Positions 1 to 11,700 of a DNA stretch of 64,000 nt are shown here, in pieces. Position 1 is the first letter of the stretch, and each line of letters opens with the position of its first letter. Source of the DNA: Amoebophrya sp. A120 (Eukaryota > Protista > Dinoflagellata). Under the pieces are notes generated by a model, which was not told where the DNA came from, did not search any database, and saw nothing but the letters and a program-made list of their open reading frames with translations. The DNA lies in the NCBI GenBank assembly GCA_905178155.1, contig CAJINV010000014.1, positions 1-64,000 on the forward strand. The letters run 5' to 3'. Position numbers and translations under genes: made by a program.

Positions 1-1439
1 CTCGCAACAAAACGAGCGTGCCAAACACTTTATGCGCTTGAACCTAACCGATACCGTCGAGCGTAGTGCGCTGCGGGAAGCGACTACAAGCAAAGAAAGA
101 CGGTGGACACTTCTTGAACGCTTGAGCCAGGAAAGGTGCCTAAACTCTAGCAAAATGCCCAACACGGTGAGAATGGTGTACAGACGGTTTCTATGGACAC
201 CCGTCGCTACACTGGCTACAGTCTACGTATTTCTCTTCTTCTATACTATCTAATATGTTGGTTCAAAAAATGAACTTTCAACAAAGTGAGCCAGTTCATT
301 GTGTGAAATTGTAAGAAGTAGTTCTCAACACAGTCAGAACAGAGCACCGACCACGGCTGTGGCTGAGGATCGCCTTGCAGATAACTTGCCATCTTCTGAC
401 TCTGAAGATCATTGTGCTGACGAGGACTGGCGAGTGTTACTTATAATAAATATCATTTATTTTTTCATCCGTGGGCGGCTGGGCCTTAATATTCAGCGCT
501 TCCGCTTCCTGAAGAATGATCAACAACAAAGAAATATCTACAACTTCTTGCGGGACTGGTAGCGTTGGTTTCCACTCTATTGCCTGTGATTGCTGTGTTT
601 TTTCGAAGTCGTTCAAGATGAACACCCACCGAAACACTTTTTTTCGTGCGCTGTGCTGTAAGACCGGCTTCACCTTCAGCCCCTCATCGAGCTCGACGGC
701 TCCTGCTCGAGGTTTTTGCTATATCAAAGTACTCACTTTTTCTTTGAACGAGCACTGAAAGCTGTCTGAACATGCGTAAAAAGTATACTTAAATCAGGCA
801 CATTTATCTTTCACCTCGTCAGCATTTTGCCGTGGCGATCCATTACAAGGAGGTGAGTCAAAATTAAGATCTTCGTGCTTCATTTTATTTCGCAAACAAG
901 TGCAATTAATATACTGCGTTCTTCATTGCTCGCAGGTCATTCTTGGCCAGATGATACATAGATACAGCACAAGACTCAAGTTAGTTAGTTAGTTAGGGGG
1001 GCCGCCCCGCTCCTCGCAACTCGCACTTCTGATGGTGAAAAAAGCAAAGAACGGCCAATACTGCGCCGTTGATGTGAAACTGCACAAATTAATAAAAGAA
1101 AAATAACAGCAGGATTTTTTGGGCTGACGATGTTGACGCGATTTCTACATTTTATTTTTTCGGTAGCTACGTGCGGTTTGTAATTTTGATACTAGGAACA
1201 GTAATAATGACACGAAATTGAATCATCTACAACAACATATTTTGGTCTACTAGTTGGTTACAGTCTATCGCTTTATTTTTGGTTTTGGATATTATTAGCA
1301 GTGCTCGCGCCTACTTGTTCTTGGCATGGTACGGAATAGGTGCAGCACCATCGTGATTTGTGTTTTTTCTCTACTTGAGCAAGAACTGCAGCAACAACAG
1401 ACACCACTCAACTACTCAACTTCCACAAAAGGAGACACC

Positions 1440-2540
1440 TCACACACATCAAAGGGGGTTTGTTGGTCTCCGGTCCTCGGTCCTCAGTCCATCCCAAGGT
1501 AATAGAAGACAACGAGAGAAGAAGGGGGAAAGCTCACACACATCACAGGGGGTTTGTTGGTCTCCGGTCCTCGGTCCTCAGTCCATCCCAAGGCAATAGA
1601 AGACAACGAGAGAAGAAAGAAGAAAGCGCGCGCACACCAAGAGAGGGGGTTTGTTGGTCTCCGGTCCTCGGTCCTCAGTCCATCCCGATGTAATAGAAGA
1701 CAGCGAGAGAAGAAGGGAGAAAGCTTACACATAAGAGGGGGCTTGTTGGTCTCCGGTCCTCGGTCCTCAGTCCATCCCAAGGCAATAGAAAGACGACGAG
1801 AGAAGAAGGGAGAAAGCTCACACACACCAGAGGGGGTTTGTTGGTCCCCGGTCCTCGGTCCTCAGTCCTTCGCAGGGTAGTAGTTGGCGAGATAAGAAGG
1901 TAGAAAGCCCACACACATCACAGGGGGCCTGCTGGTCTCCGGTCCTCGGTCCCCAGTCCACCGCAAGGCAGTAGATGGCGAGGCAAGAAGGCAGAAGGCC
2001 AACACACATCAAAGGGAGTTTCTTTGTTGGCCTCCGGCCCTCGGTCCCTCCATCACCGGGCAAGATCCGACGGGGAAAGAAGGTAGAAAGCCCCCACACA
2101 AAAAAAAGGGGGCCAATTGTTCCACGGCCCCCCCTCAGTCCATCGCGGGGCAGCAGCTGGCGAGATAAGAAAGAGGGCAGAAAGCCCACACAAATGCGCG
2201 CGGGCTGTTGGTCTCCGGCACTCGGTCTGCAGTTCATCGCGGGGCGGCGCCTGGCGAGACAGATAAGAAGGCAGAAAGCCCCCAAGCAGGGGCCTGCTGC
2301 TTTCCGGTCCTCGGCCCTGAGTGAGTCTGTAGAGCGATCAGACCCGGCGAGCGTGATTGCTGGCATGGTACAAAGGCCAGGCATTTACGACGGAGCCTGT
2401 TCGTCTCCGGCTCTCGGTCCTCCGTCCCTCATGGGGCGGCACACCACTTACAGAAAAAGGCCGAAGGCCTACGGACATCGGCGGAGGCGTGCGGGTCTCT
2501 GGTCCTCGGCCCTCCGTGCCTCCCGAGGTTGGTAATATCT
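1440..2540 (+). repeat. Left-arm tandem array of the foldback element (~93-97 bp unit)
   Basis: Core TTGTTGGTCTCCGGTCCTCGGTCCTCAGTCC recurs near 1460, 1553, 1650, 1744 and 1838, and degenerates inward. Confidence 0.9.
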
Positions 2541-4929
2541 GAGTTGGCGCAAACAATACGCGTCGCGCTAGGCAGCAGGGAGGCCGAACGAAAGCAATCG
2601 GGCCGGCCGCCGCTCCCCCCGCACAGGCCCCGCCCCCGGACTTTGTTTGTATGCTCCAGCGGCCGCGGCCGTGACGCACGTGGATGACGTCGCGGAGGGA
2701 GCCCGGGCGCAACAGGAGGCGACCGAGCGCCGCCATTTTTCCTCGCCTGGCTGGCGGGCGCGCCCGTGCATGCTTTCGAACTGAAGCGCCGCGGCGCCCC
2801 GGCCCCCGTTGCTTTTGATCACACAACCGGCAACCGAGCGACACGACGGACGTGAGCCCGCGCGCGCTCACATACGGCGCCAGGGTCTTACGGCTTTCAT
2901 TGATTCGCCTGGCTCTGAAGGCGAAGAGGTTCACTGCGCGGGAACAAAGATAGCGACGCACAGCGCGCGCCCGGCCTCGCTTGCGATCTGCCAGGCTGTG
3001 AACCACGCGCGCGCGCTGTTGTTCTTTGCGCCCCCCTGCATTTCAACACGAAACGCGCCACCTGGCAGATTGGTGGCCGCCCACCGAAATCACTAGCCGC
3101 CTGCGCCGCCTTCGTCATCGCCGGAACTTCGAGGCGACGGGCCGGGGCTCCGGGGGCTGCTGTCCGTCGTTGTCGCTGGGAGAAGGGTCCGAGGCAGTAT
3201 CTGCGCCGGCCCCTTCGGCTTCCACCCCCGACCGGTTGGCTTCGGGCTGTCCGATTAGTTACGGGCGAAATGAACAAAATCCAGCCGGTTTGTCAGCCTT
3301 CAGCATACATTTCTGCACCGCCCAGCAGGTATCCGCCCCAATCAAATGAAAACGACCCGCGCGGCCTTCGTTTTTTTTTTCCGCGGCTCGCCTTTCAGTT
3401 GCTTGTCGGCCGCGACCTGGTTTGAAAGATCAGGAAGGGCACGCGGGTCGGGACTTGGGTGGCCCATTTCAAAGTGGCGGGACCATCTTGATCCATTACG
3501 GGCATGAAGCTGATCGCACTAATCAGAATCGCGCCGGCCCATGTGCTTTGTTTTTTTTGCTGGGCCGCGCCTTGCGGAGACGGCCCTACCCAAAGCCTAA
3601 AAAATTTACGGTCTTCGCCATTTCCGGCGCAGGCAGGCTCTCGCTTCTGGCTGCGCCCCCTTTTCCTCTTCGCTGCCCTCTGTTGTGTTGCGGCCGCCCA
3701 CCCATGGCATTTCCGGAATTGGGGGAAAGCCGTCGGGGCGTCGCCCTTGTGTGCGAGACCTTTGCCGCGCTCTAATTCGGGGGCGCTTTCACGCTCTTGC
3801 ATTTTGGCCTTCAGTTTGTGTCTTACTTTTTGTTCCCATTTTTTGTTTTTATTTTTTGCTGTTATTTTTTCGTCTTACTTTTTCGCCCTACTTTTTTGGC
3901 TTCTTTTTGTGTCCTCCTTTGTTTTCAGTTTTATTTTTTTGCTTTAGAGGCCGCGCGATTAATGGGCCTTCTTTTCGATACCGAAAAGGAGGGGGGTAGG
4001 TGCGGCCGTTCGTCTGGCGGGCCGTATCCACAGATGGCCGGGCCCATCCGGACCCGACCAGTGTTCCCTTTTCGGACTTCAAAAATCTAAGGCCACAACT
4101 TCCCCGCCCTGGCGAAAAAAAATCTGTTTTGCTTGCTGCGGTTTCTCAGCTGGGTTTCTGCGTGGTTTCTGCGGTGTAGCTGGAACAGAATGAAGCAGAG
4201 CGACAGATATTTCTTGGGCGCGCGCGGCGCGCGTGGATCGGCATACGGATGCAACAACAGAAAACGCTTCAAGCGCGCGACGCGCGCGCGCAAACTGAAA
4301 AAAAGCTCGCGGCGCGCGCTGGTGCGCGCGCGCAGCGGAGAACATGCAGCGGAGCACGTGCCGTCCCAATGGTCGAAGTGGCCGCCTCAGCTTTTGCAAA
4401 TGCGGGCGGTGCTGAGGTGGTCGCTTCAACAACCCGAGGGCGGCTGCGCAGTGCTGCGCTACAAGTAGCTGCCTCCTGGTGGTCCATTTCTGGTATGGCC
4501 TCTGAGTAGGCCTCTGAGCAATCCTGTAGCAATGCCTTTGGTTCTGCCCTCTAGTTCCGCCTCTGAAATTCTTCTAATTTATTCCTTCGCCCACGCGGCA
4601 GCTTCGAGGCTTCTAAAAATCCGCTAAAGCTGCCGGGTAGGCGAAATCACACACAAAGTCGCAGCTTCGCGACTTTAGAAGATGAAAGAGAAGCACTTCG
4701 GACGGCAAAACCGGAAACGGAACCGGAAGGCTCTTCCGGTGAGCCGGGAGATTCCTCCGCTTGCTTCGGCTTCACGGGACCACGTAGGACCCGGCAGCTG
4801 TAGATATCTGCCCGCGGCCTGCGGGAGATGATGCGCATGCTCGAGAGCAACGAGCACCATCTTCCGCGAAACGACAAGCAAATGCCTGCCCTCATTTTTC
4901 CACCCGCACTGCGAAACGCCCAGCAAGGT

Positions 4930-5580
4930 GGTATGTGCCTGGTGCCTCTACCTTCTATCTTGCCCCACCATATATTGCTAGCCTCGAGATGAACTGAGGC
5001 CCGAGGACCGAAGGGCAGCACCCTCCTGCGTATGTGCCTGGTGCTTCTACCTCCTTGTCTCGTCACGTATTACCTCGCGAGGAACTGAGGACCGAGGACC
5101 GGGGACCAACAGCCTCCTTCTTATGTGTCTGGTGTTTCTACCTTCTTATCTCGTCAGGTATTGCCTCACGATGAACGGAGGACCGAGGACCGGAGACCAA
5201 CCGCCTCCTTCTTATGTGTCTGGTGCTTCTACCTTTTTCTCTCCTCATGTATTACCTCGCGATGGAGTGAGGACCGAGGACCGGAGACCAACGACCTCCT
5301 TCTTATGTGTCTGGTGCTTCTCCCTTCTTATCTCCTCCTATCCTACCTCGTAATGGAGTGAGGACCGAGGACCGGAGACCAACAGCCTCCTTCTTATGTG
5401 TCTGGTGCTTCTCCCTTCTTATCTCCTCATATACTACCTCGTGATGGAGTGAGGACCGAGGACCGGAGACCAACAACCTCCTTCTTATGTGTCTGGCGCT
5501 TCTCCCTTCTTCTCTCCTCATATATTACCTCGCGATGGACTGAGGACCGAGGACCGGAGACCAACAACCTCCCCTTTCGG
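4930..5580 (-). repeat. Right-arm tandem array of the foldback element (91 bp unit, inverted relative to the left arm)
   Basis: GAGGACCGAGGACCGGAGACCAAC recurs near 5087, 5178, 5269, 5360, 5451 and 5542. Confidence 0.9.
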
Positions 5581-5728
5581 TGTGTCAAGTGTCTACCATT
5601 TTATGTAGTGCGTTACTTTAAAAGAGCTTCCTTTAGGATCTTCTGTTGTTACTTTTTCAATTCCTTTTAGAGCAAAAACACGAAACACGATGGAACTGCA
5701 CCTATTCCGTACCATGCCTTGTTCTTGT

Positions 5729-8700
5729 TCATATGTCCACCTGATAAGAGAACTCCGCGTCGTCTCCCAGGCGAAAACGCTGTTGCTGCCGGGACGAGGT
5801 TATGCAGTGCAAGAGTATAATCGCACTCGTAATAATAAATTGCACTTATGCATTACAAATCTAGGCTGTTAAGGCAGATCCGCATTTACAAAAATAATTT
5901 GTAATGCTGAGGCAATTTGTCCTCATGCATTTACACGAGTAAGATACTTTTGCAATGCATAGAGGTCGTGACGTCCGTTGCGAGATTGAGCCCTCCTCTG
6001 TGCTGGTCTTGGACAAAGGGATCCAGAACGCTTGGATAGATCGCATCTTCCTTGGGCACGAAACCTGGCGTCGTCTGGTTGTACTGTCGCGTGGTGGCAG
6101 GCAGGGGCCCGCTCACGACGCTTTTTGCGAACATGTAGCGGGCGGCCGTGTCGGGAATCCCGGTCGCCCACGGCTTGGCGTGCATGTGAATGCCGTGAAT
6201 CTGCATGCGGAACTTGTTCTCCGTGCCCTGCGGGATCAGGGCGTAGAGCCGGTAAAACATCCCGCCGGTGGCACTGGAGACGGTGCTAAAACCGTGGTAG
6301 GTGAGCAGATAGGTGTCGCCCCCGTAATCGTAGTCGGTGGTGCAGGTCGTGCAGGGTCCGCGGCGCTGCCCGTCCTTGGAGTACTCGTGCGGCGCCGGGT
6401 ATGGAAGCGCCAGGATCGAAATTGAAAAAGGTTGAGTTTTCTTTGTTTTTATGCATAAAATAAACCTATATTGCTTATTTTCATCCCAATTTCTAAGCGG
6501 CGCATGACAATAAATTTTGGAGCCATGACAGAAATCCTGTTTGTCATGCGTTTTGGCTACAGCAGACTGCTTCTTTCACAGGCTGCTTTAGCAACAGTAT
6601 CTCCGCAGCCCCTCTATTAGAGGCTTACAATTGACCTCGCTTGCGGCCATCTCTGCTTCTCAGGCACTTCATGCAGCCTTGCATTTGGTTATGCATGGCA
6701 AATTATCGCAACTTTGTTCATTTCGATCCTGACGCTTCCATACCGGACCCACGAGGTCTTCCGCAATCACGTTGTGCAGCGAGGTGTGCAGGCGCACAAT
6801 GAGAAATACTTTTTGCCTCCCCCAGCCTTGGTCGTTCCACTTGATCGTGAGCGCGACCTGTTCGAACTGCCCACTACCCGACTTTATCCAACAGAAAAAG
6901 ACAGTGACAGGCACGGCATGTCTGTATATGCGGAGACAAATCGACCAAAAAAATCGGCACTGCATCATGTCCTACACAGTGTCTATGCTATGGAGTCGAC
7001 GCCCATGGCAGATTTTTCTACTGGTATTTTTAATTTTGCGTTACAAATAAACGTATACACCCTGCATGTGTATGGTATGGTATGGGCGTGCGTGGCGAGT
7101 AGTGTAGCACCTAATCCTTGTGCCTAGTACAACTACTTGTACCCGACTCGGGTGTTTTAGGCATTTCTGTGAGATAGATGCGCGGGGAAGAAAGTAGTCC
7201 CAGATGGGCGACACGATCTGCGTTTCGGTCGGATCTGCCGCGGGGTCGCGGGTGTTGCGCACTCCCACCAAACCGGGGATGGGGTATGCCAAGTCGCCGC
7301 TGGGAAGCCGGAGCGGCCTGTGCAGGCGCACGGTAGACGCCCGCGCGTCGTAGGACAGAGTCTGGTATCAAATGCAAATACGTCTGGGTCTGGAAACTTC
7401 AACTTGTGATGTGCTGAACTGTGAACGACAAACACACGACTTCCGAGTCATGCAGTCAAGAATGACAAATTTCCATACGCAGTCCACCGCATGAGGAACT
7501 GCGCTTTTGCATATATTTAGATTTTTACGACACGCCAGATATTAGCACAGTAAAAATTAAAATGTAAGACCAGCACTAATACACGTTCGTACTTAACTTT
7601 CGTCCAGACCCAGACATATTTGCAATGCTTACGTGCCGGAAGCGATCCGAATACATAAAGGCGGGGCCGTCGTAGCGGTTCCACCCGTTTTTCCCGCAGT
7701 ACTGCCGGTTTGCGTACAGGTGGAATCCGGGACGACAGGCCACGCAGTCGGGCGTTCCATGCACTGCGCAAGCAAATCCTTCCGAAGGGATCCCGTTGGG
7801 GCACAGGCACTTCCGCGCCGGGGCGATGGTCGCGGAGGTCGTCGCGGAGGTGACCACGTGCGCCACACTGGTACTGGGAGGAGGGGCGGTAGCAACTTCT
7901 ACACTGGTCGCGAGCCTCTTGCCAAACACCCGCACCTGTGTAATTTGCAGTATGCGGAACTCCCCCGCGGCAGCGCCGGGCAATTCCAGTACCACGTACC
8001 GGCCCGGCTTACCCCCTGCGCACTCCACGGAAGCGGTCCCAATTGTGGAGCTCCGGGCAGCATCCAGGAAGTCAGCATTATACACGGCGAAGCGATCCCA
8101 CCCTTTCCCGCTGTCGTACTTTAACGTATCGCAGATCTCATCCTCGTTTTGGGCAGGGCAGGCCGGATTTCCAATCTGCACGCAGGCGCCGTCCACGTAG
8201 CCCGCATCCGTGGCGGCGGTCCCCTGCAGGATCTTGCAGCTGGCGCTGTGCGACCGGCGGACAGGAGAGACGGAGATCGTCATTCCCTTGTCGTTGGCAT
8301 CGGTGTCGACACCGGAGTTTGTCCCCAGCACATCGGGCCCCCATAACTCCGTGTTGAAGAACAGCCGTCGCAGAACCCCATTGGTACTTTTGAGCGTGCT
8401 GATCTCGACCCTCGTAACCGTGAACAGCCCTCCGAGATCCACTTGCAACCAGGGACAGCGCAGAGTGGTCGAGTGGAAATTTGTATTATGATTCTCGTCG
8501 AGTATGTTTTGCGCTATCGCGGTAGTGCCCTCACCTGTTACGAAAGGATGGTCGCCGGCTGTCGTCACCGTTCCGAACCCTCCCTCATAGGGAGTGATGT
8601 CATCCGGCTTGCGCAAGGGCTTACACGCCTCGAACCTTTTGCCACTGTACAGTGTGTAGCAAAACGGCAAGTAATGAGGGGTGGCCGGCGGGTTCCGACA

Positions 8701-11700
8701 GTAGTTGTGGTCTCCCACCCCTGTGCCAGGCCGGAGCGCAAGGGTGTTGGTGTGCGTTTGGGGCGACTGATCCGTCCACTTTTGGCACGGGTATCCCGAG
8801 ATGGTGACGGTCTGGCAGCCGCGGTAGTTCTGTCCTTTTTCGTCGTACAAATTTTCGTCACAGGACGCCGTTGTGGTCGTGGTCAGGGTAGTACAAGTAC
8901 CGAACCTGTGATTGGGATCTGCAGTGTAGCAGAAGATGGTTGGCACGTTCGCGGCCGGGGGACTGCGGCAGTAGTTGTGATCTCCCAACCCGTGGTCCGT
9001 GGTTCCACCGTAGTTGTGCGTGTGCGGTGACTGCGTCGACCACTTCTGGCAGAGATGGCCTTCTATGGTGCGCGTCTGGCAGCCACGGTAGTTTGCGGCG
9101 TCCGCCCCGTATGTCAGGACGTCGTTTTCCACACAGGAGGCGGTGGTGGTGGTAGTGGTGGTAGTGGTGGTGGTGTGATACACATTCACCGGGTCCTCCA
9201 CGATGCCGGAGCTGGGGCCGTTCAGATTGATGGGGATCCGGATCCGGTTTCCCCGGGGGCGAAAGCCCACCCGGCGAATTTTGCGGCCCGGCAGGTCCTA
9301 TCAAATGCAAAAATGTCTGGGTCTGGAAGAATGCAACTTGTCATGATGTTTTTGGACTCTAAAATTGCATGACCAGCAGCAAGAGGGGTCCGGTTTGTGC
9401 TACACGGACAGGGCATTTTTCATGCGGAAGGTGCATCAGTAAGCCCTCTAAAAATCTGTGATGCTTAGTCATGCATGCACTACGCTGAGTTGTCGTATAG
9501 TCTGAATTGTACCCGAATACGAATTAAGTTCCGAGCAAAGCTTGCGTCGTATCGTATGGCGAAAGCCTGAAAACAGCGAGCGAAGCACTTCAGGAGCCAA
9601 TTTCCTCAAAAGCGGAAATGGCGCGCCTTGTGTCGTATTTGCCCCCAAGCGGAAAGAATAGCGCAGCAGCTGAATTGTCACAGAATGGAGCAACTCAGCG
9701 CACAAAGACAAAGCAGCCCAGCGCGGTGGCTCGACAATATATTTTGCGACCACAGTGCCTGACAGCTTTATTTGGAGCAAGAAAATAGTAGTCCACGGAA
9801 ATGCCCAGCACCCTTAAAGGCGCCTCGCATAGTAAGTAGGGGCTAAGGCCGGTAGCGCGGGAGGCTTGCGCGGGCGCTCGGCCTATTGCGCGACGGGCTG
9901 TGTGCGTGTCGACGTTTTCCGCAGAGCGTTGCTCTAAAGCAAAGACGAAAATAAACAGCGCGCGCACCCTAATTTCGCATGCGCGCCAGAATGCGAAAGA
10001 GGGCCCGGGGGGGGCGGGGGGGGGAAGGCCGCCCGCAAGCGTTATGCCGGGCCCGAGGCGTTCCGAAATAGAGCGGGCGGCTTGCGGCAGTTTTCTCGTA
10101 ACACTGCGCCGCCCGCCACACACGCAACGATGTCCAGCCCTCGGAAGAGCATTCCATGGCTGGGCCCTCGCAAACTGGCCGCGCTAGAGCGCAGCGCTTG
10201 CAGCTTCTTCCTCTTTGCGCTACGTGTTTGGCCATGAACAAGTGCGCGCGAAAGCCTTGGGCCTCAAACAGGCCTGCTCGGATCACGTGATAATCACATG
10301 AGTAGTCACGTGATAATCACATGACTTTTGTTGCTCATAAGCCAATCTGAGTTGTCTTCATCACGTGATGATCACATGATTATCACGTGATGACGACCCC
10401 GAAAAGGCGGCGGCTAATATTGCGGGATATGACGCGCCGCCCGTCATACGTGAAACCAACAGCGGCAAGACAGAAAGGATTAACGAAGAAAACTGAGCAA
10501 AGACGAAGTCCGAAGGTATGAGCTATATTGTGACAATTCAGATCGCGCCAGAAACTGCACAAAAAAAAGTCAAAAAAGCAACTCAGCACGAAGCAATTCA
10601 GATTACTGCATGCATCATAGGCATCATGGATCTATCATGAGAAATCTGCATGACAAATCTTGCATTCTTCCAGACCCAGACATTTTTGCATTTGATAGGT
10701 CCTGCGGCGAAATGTCGAGCGCGAGCTGCTGTCCGAGCCGCGTTATCCTGTGCAAAAGTAACGTATTCGTATTGCAATCATGCATATGCAAATCTTTTTC
10801 TTTAGGCGAATCCGAACTACATCTCTCAGTCACGCTGAGGAAATTTGTATATGCATTTATACGAATACGATACTTTTGCAATGCATACGAGTGGGCTTCC
10901 CGTCCACCAGCAGTCGCAGCTTGGTTTTCTTCTCCGGCGTGGCGGTGGTGGCTACCTTGCGCCGTTTGACGGTCGGCCTCGGCGTCGACGGCGTGCCGTG
11001 GCTAGTACGCAGCTTTTCTTCATCACCAACACTCGAGGTGGTCCCGCCCCCGTGGTCCTCCTGCCCCGCCCCCGCGGCCGCGCTAGTGCCCTATCAACTG
11101 CATATGTGTCTGGGTCTGGAAATTTGTGATGCAAGAGCGGGATGATAGTTAGCACACTCTCAATGCGCTGGCAAGCATGACAAGTTTTTTCGTGGTTCGG
11201 AGTTGCGTACTCCGCGTGAGAGGCTGCGTTTTTGCATGACAGGCAAGAGGAGCGTTTCGCGGCCACGCAGTACAGAGTTTAGAGTCATGCAAGAGTAGCA
11301 TGACAAATCTCGCAATCTTCCAGAGCCAGACATATTTGCAATGCATATGCCCCCACTGCTGCTGATCCTCGTTAAGGTTGGCGCGTCCCCCCGCTGGTAC
11401 AGCCAGAAGCCACAGAACATCAGCGCGTTGTTGGCGGTGTTCCCCGAGCTGTCTCCGATGCGGATTTTCCAGACCCTTTTGTTGATCGGAACCCAGGTGC
11501 CGGTCGTCTTCACCAGGCCCGGCGTCCGGAGGGCAGCCTCCGGGATGCCGCTGTCGTTCAGGTAAATTTTAGCGTTCTGGATGGTCTGGCCCCGCGAGCC
11601 GTCGTCCAGTTGAAACAGGGTGAACCCTGCAATGTCCCGCGGCACGCGGTCCCGGAATTCGACCGCCCACCAGTTGTTCGTGCCCCCGTTGTATGCATTG

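Larger units (their letters stand above)
1323..5718. mobile_element. Foldback-like (MULE/FB-type) non-autonomous DNA transposon, 4.4 kb
   Basis: TIR GGCATGGTACGGAATAGGTGCAG at 1323 and its reverse complement ending at 5718, with ~50 bp of similarity. 8-bp TSD TTGTTCTT at 1315-1322 and 5719-5726. Arms are tandem ~91-97 bp units in opposite orientation. No transposase ORF. Confidence 0.85.

Noticed and set aside
32-758. Short ORFs at the window start
   Set aside because: No recognisable motifs or consistent exon structure.
980-1001. (TTAG)4 followed by a G run, as a telomere seed or retroelement tail
   Set aside because: Too short, and I could not define a TSD or an associated element.
1440-5580. 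Regularly spaced repeats resembling a CRISPR array
   Set aside because: The 'spacers' are homologous to each other, the two arrays are inverted arms of one TSD-flanked element, there are no cas genes, and the context is eukaryotic.
1360-5670. Many 60-220 aa ORFs in the foldback element
   Set aside because: They are overlapping translations of repeats and GC-rich DNA with no domain or transposase motif.
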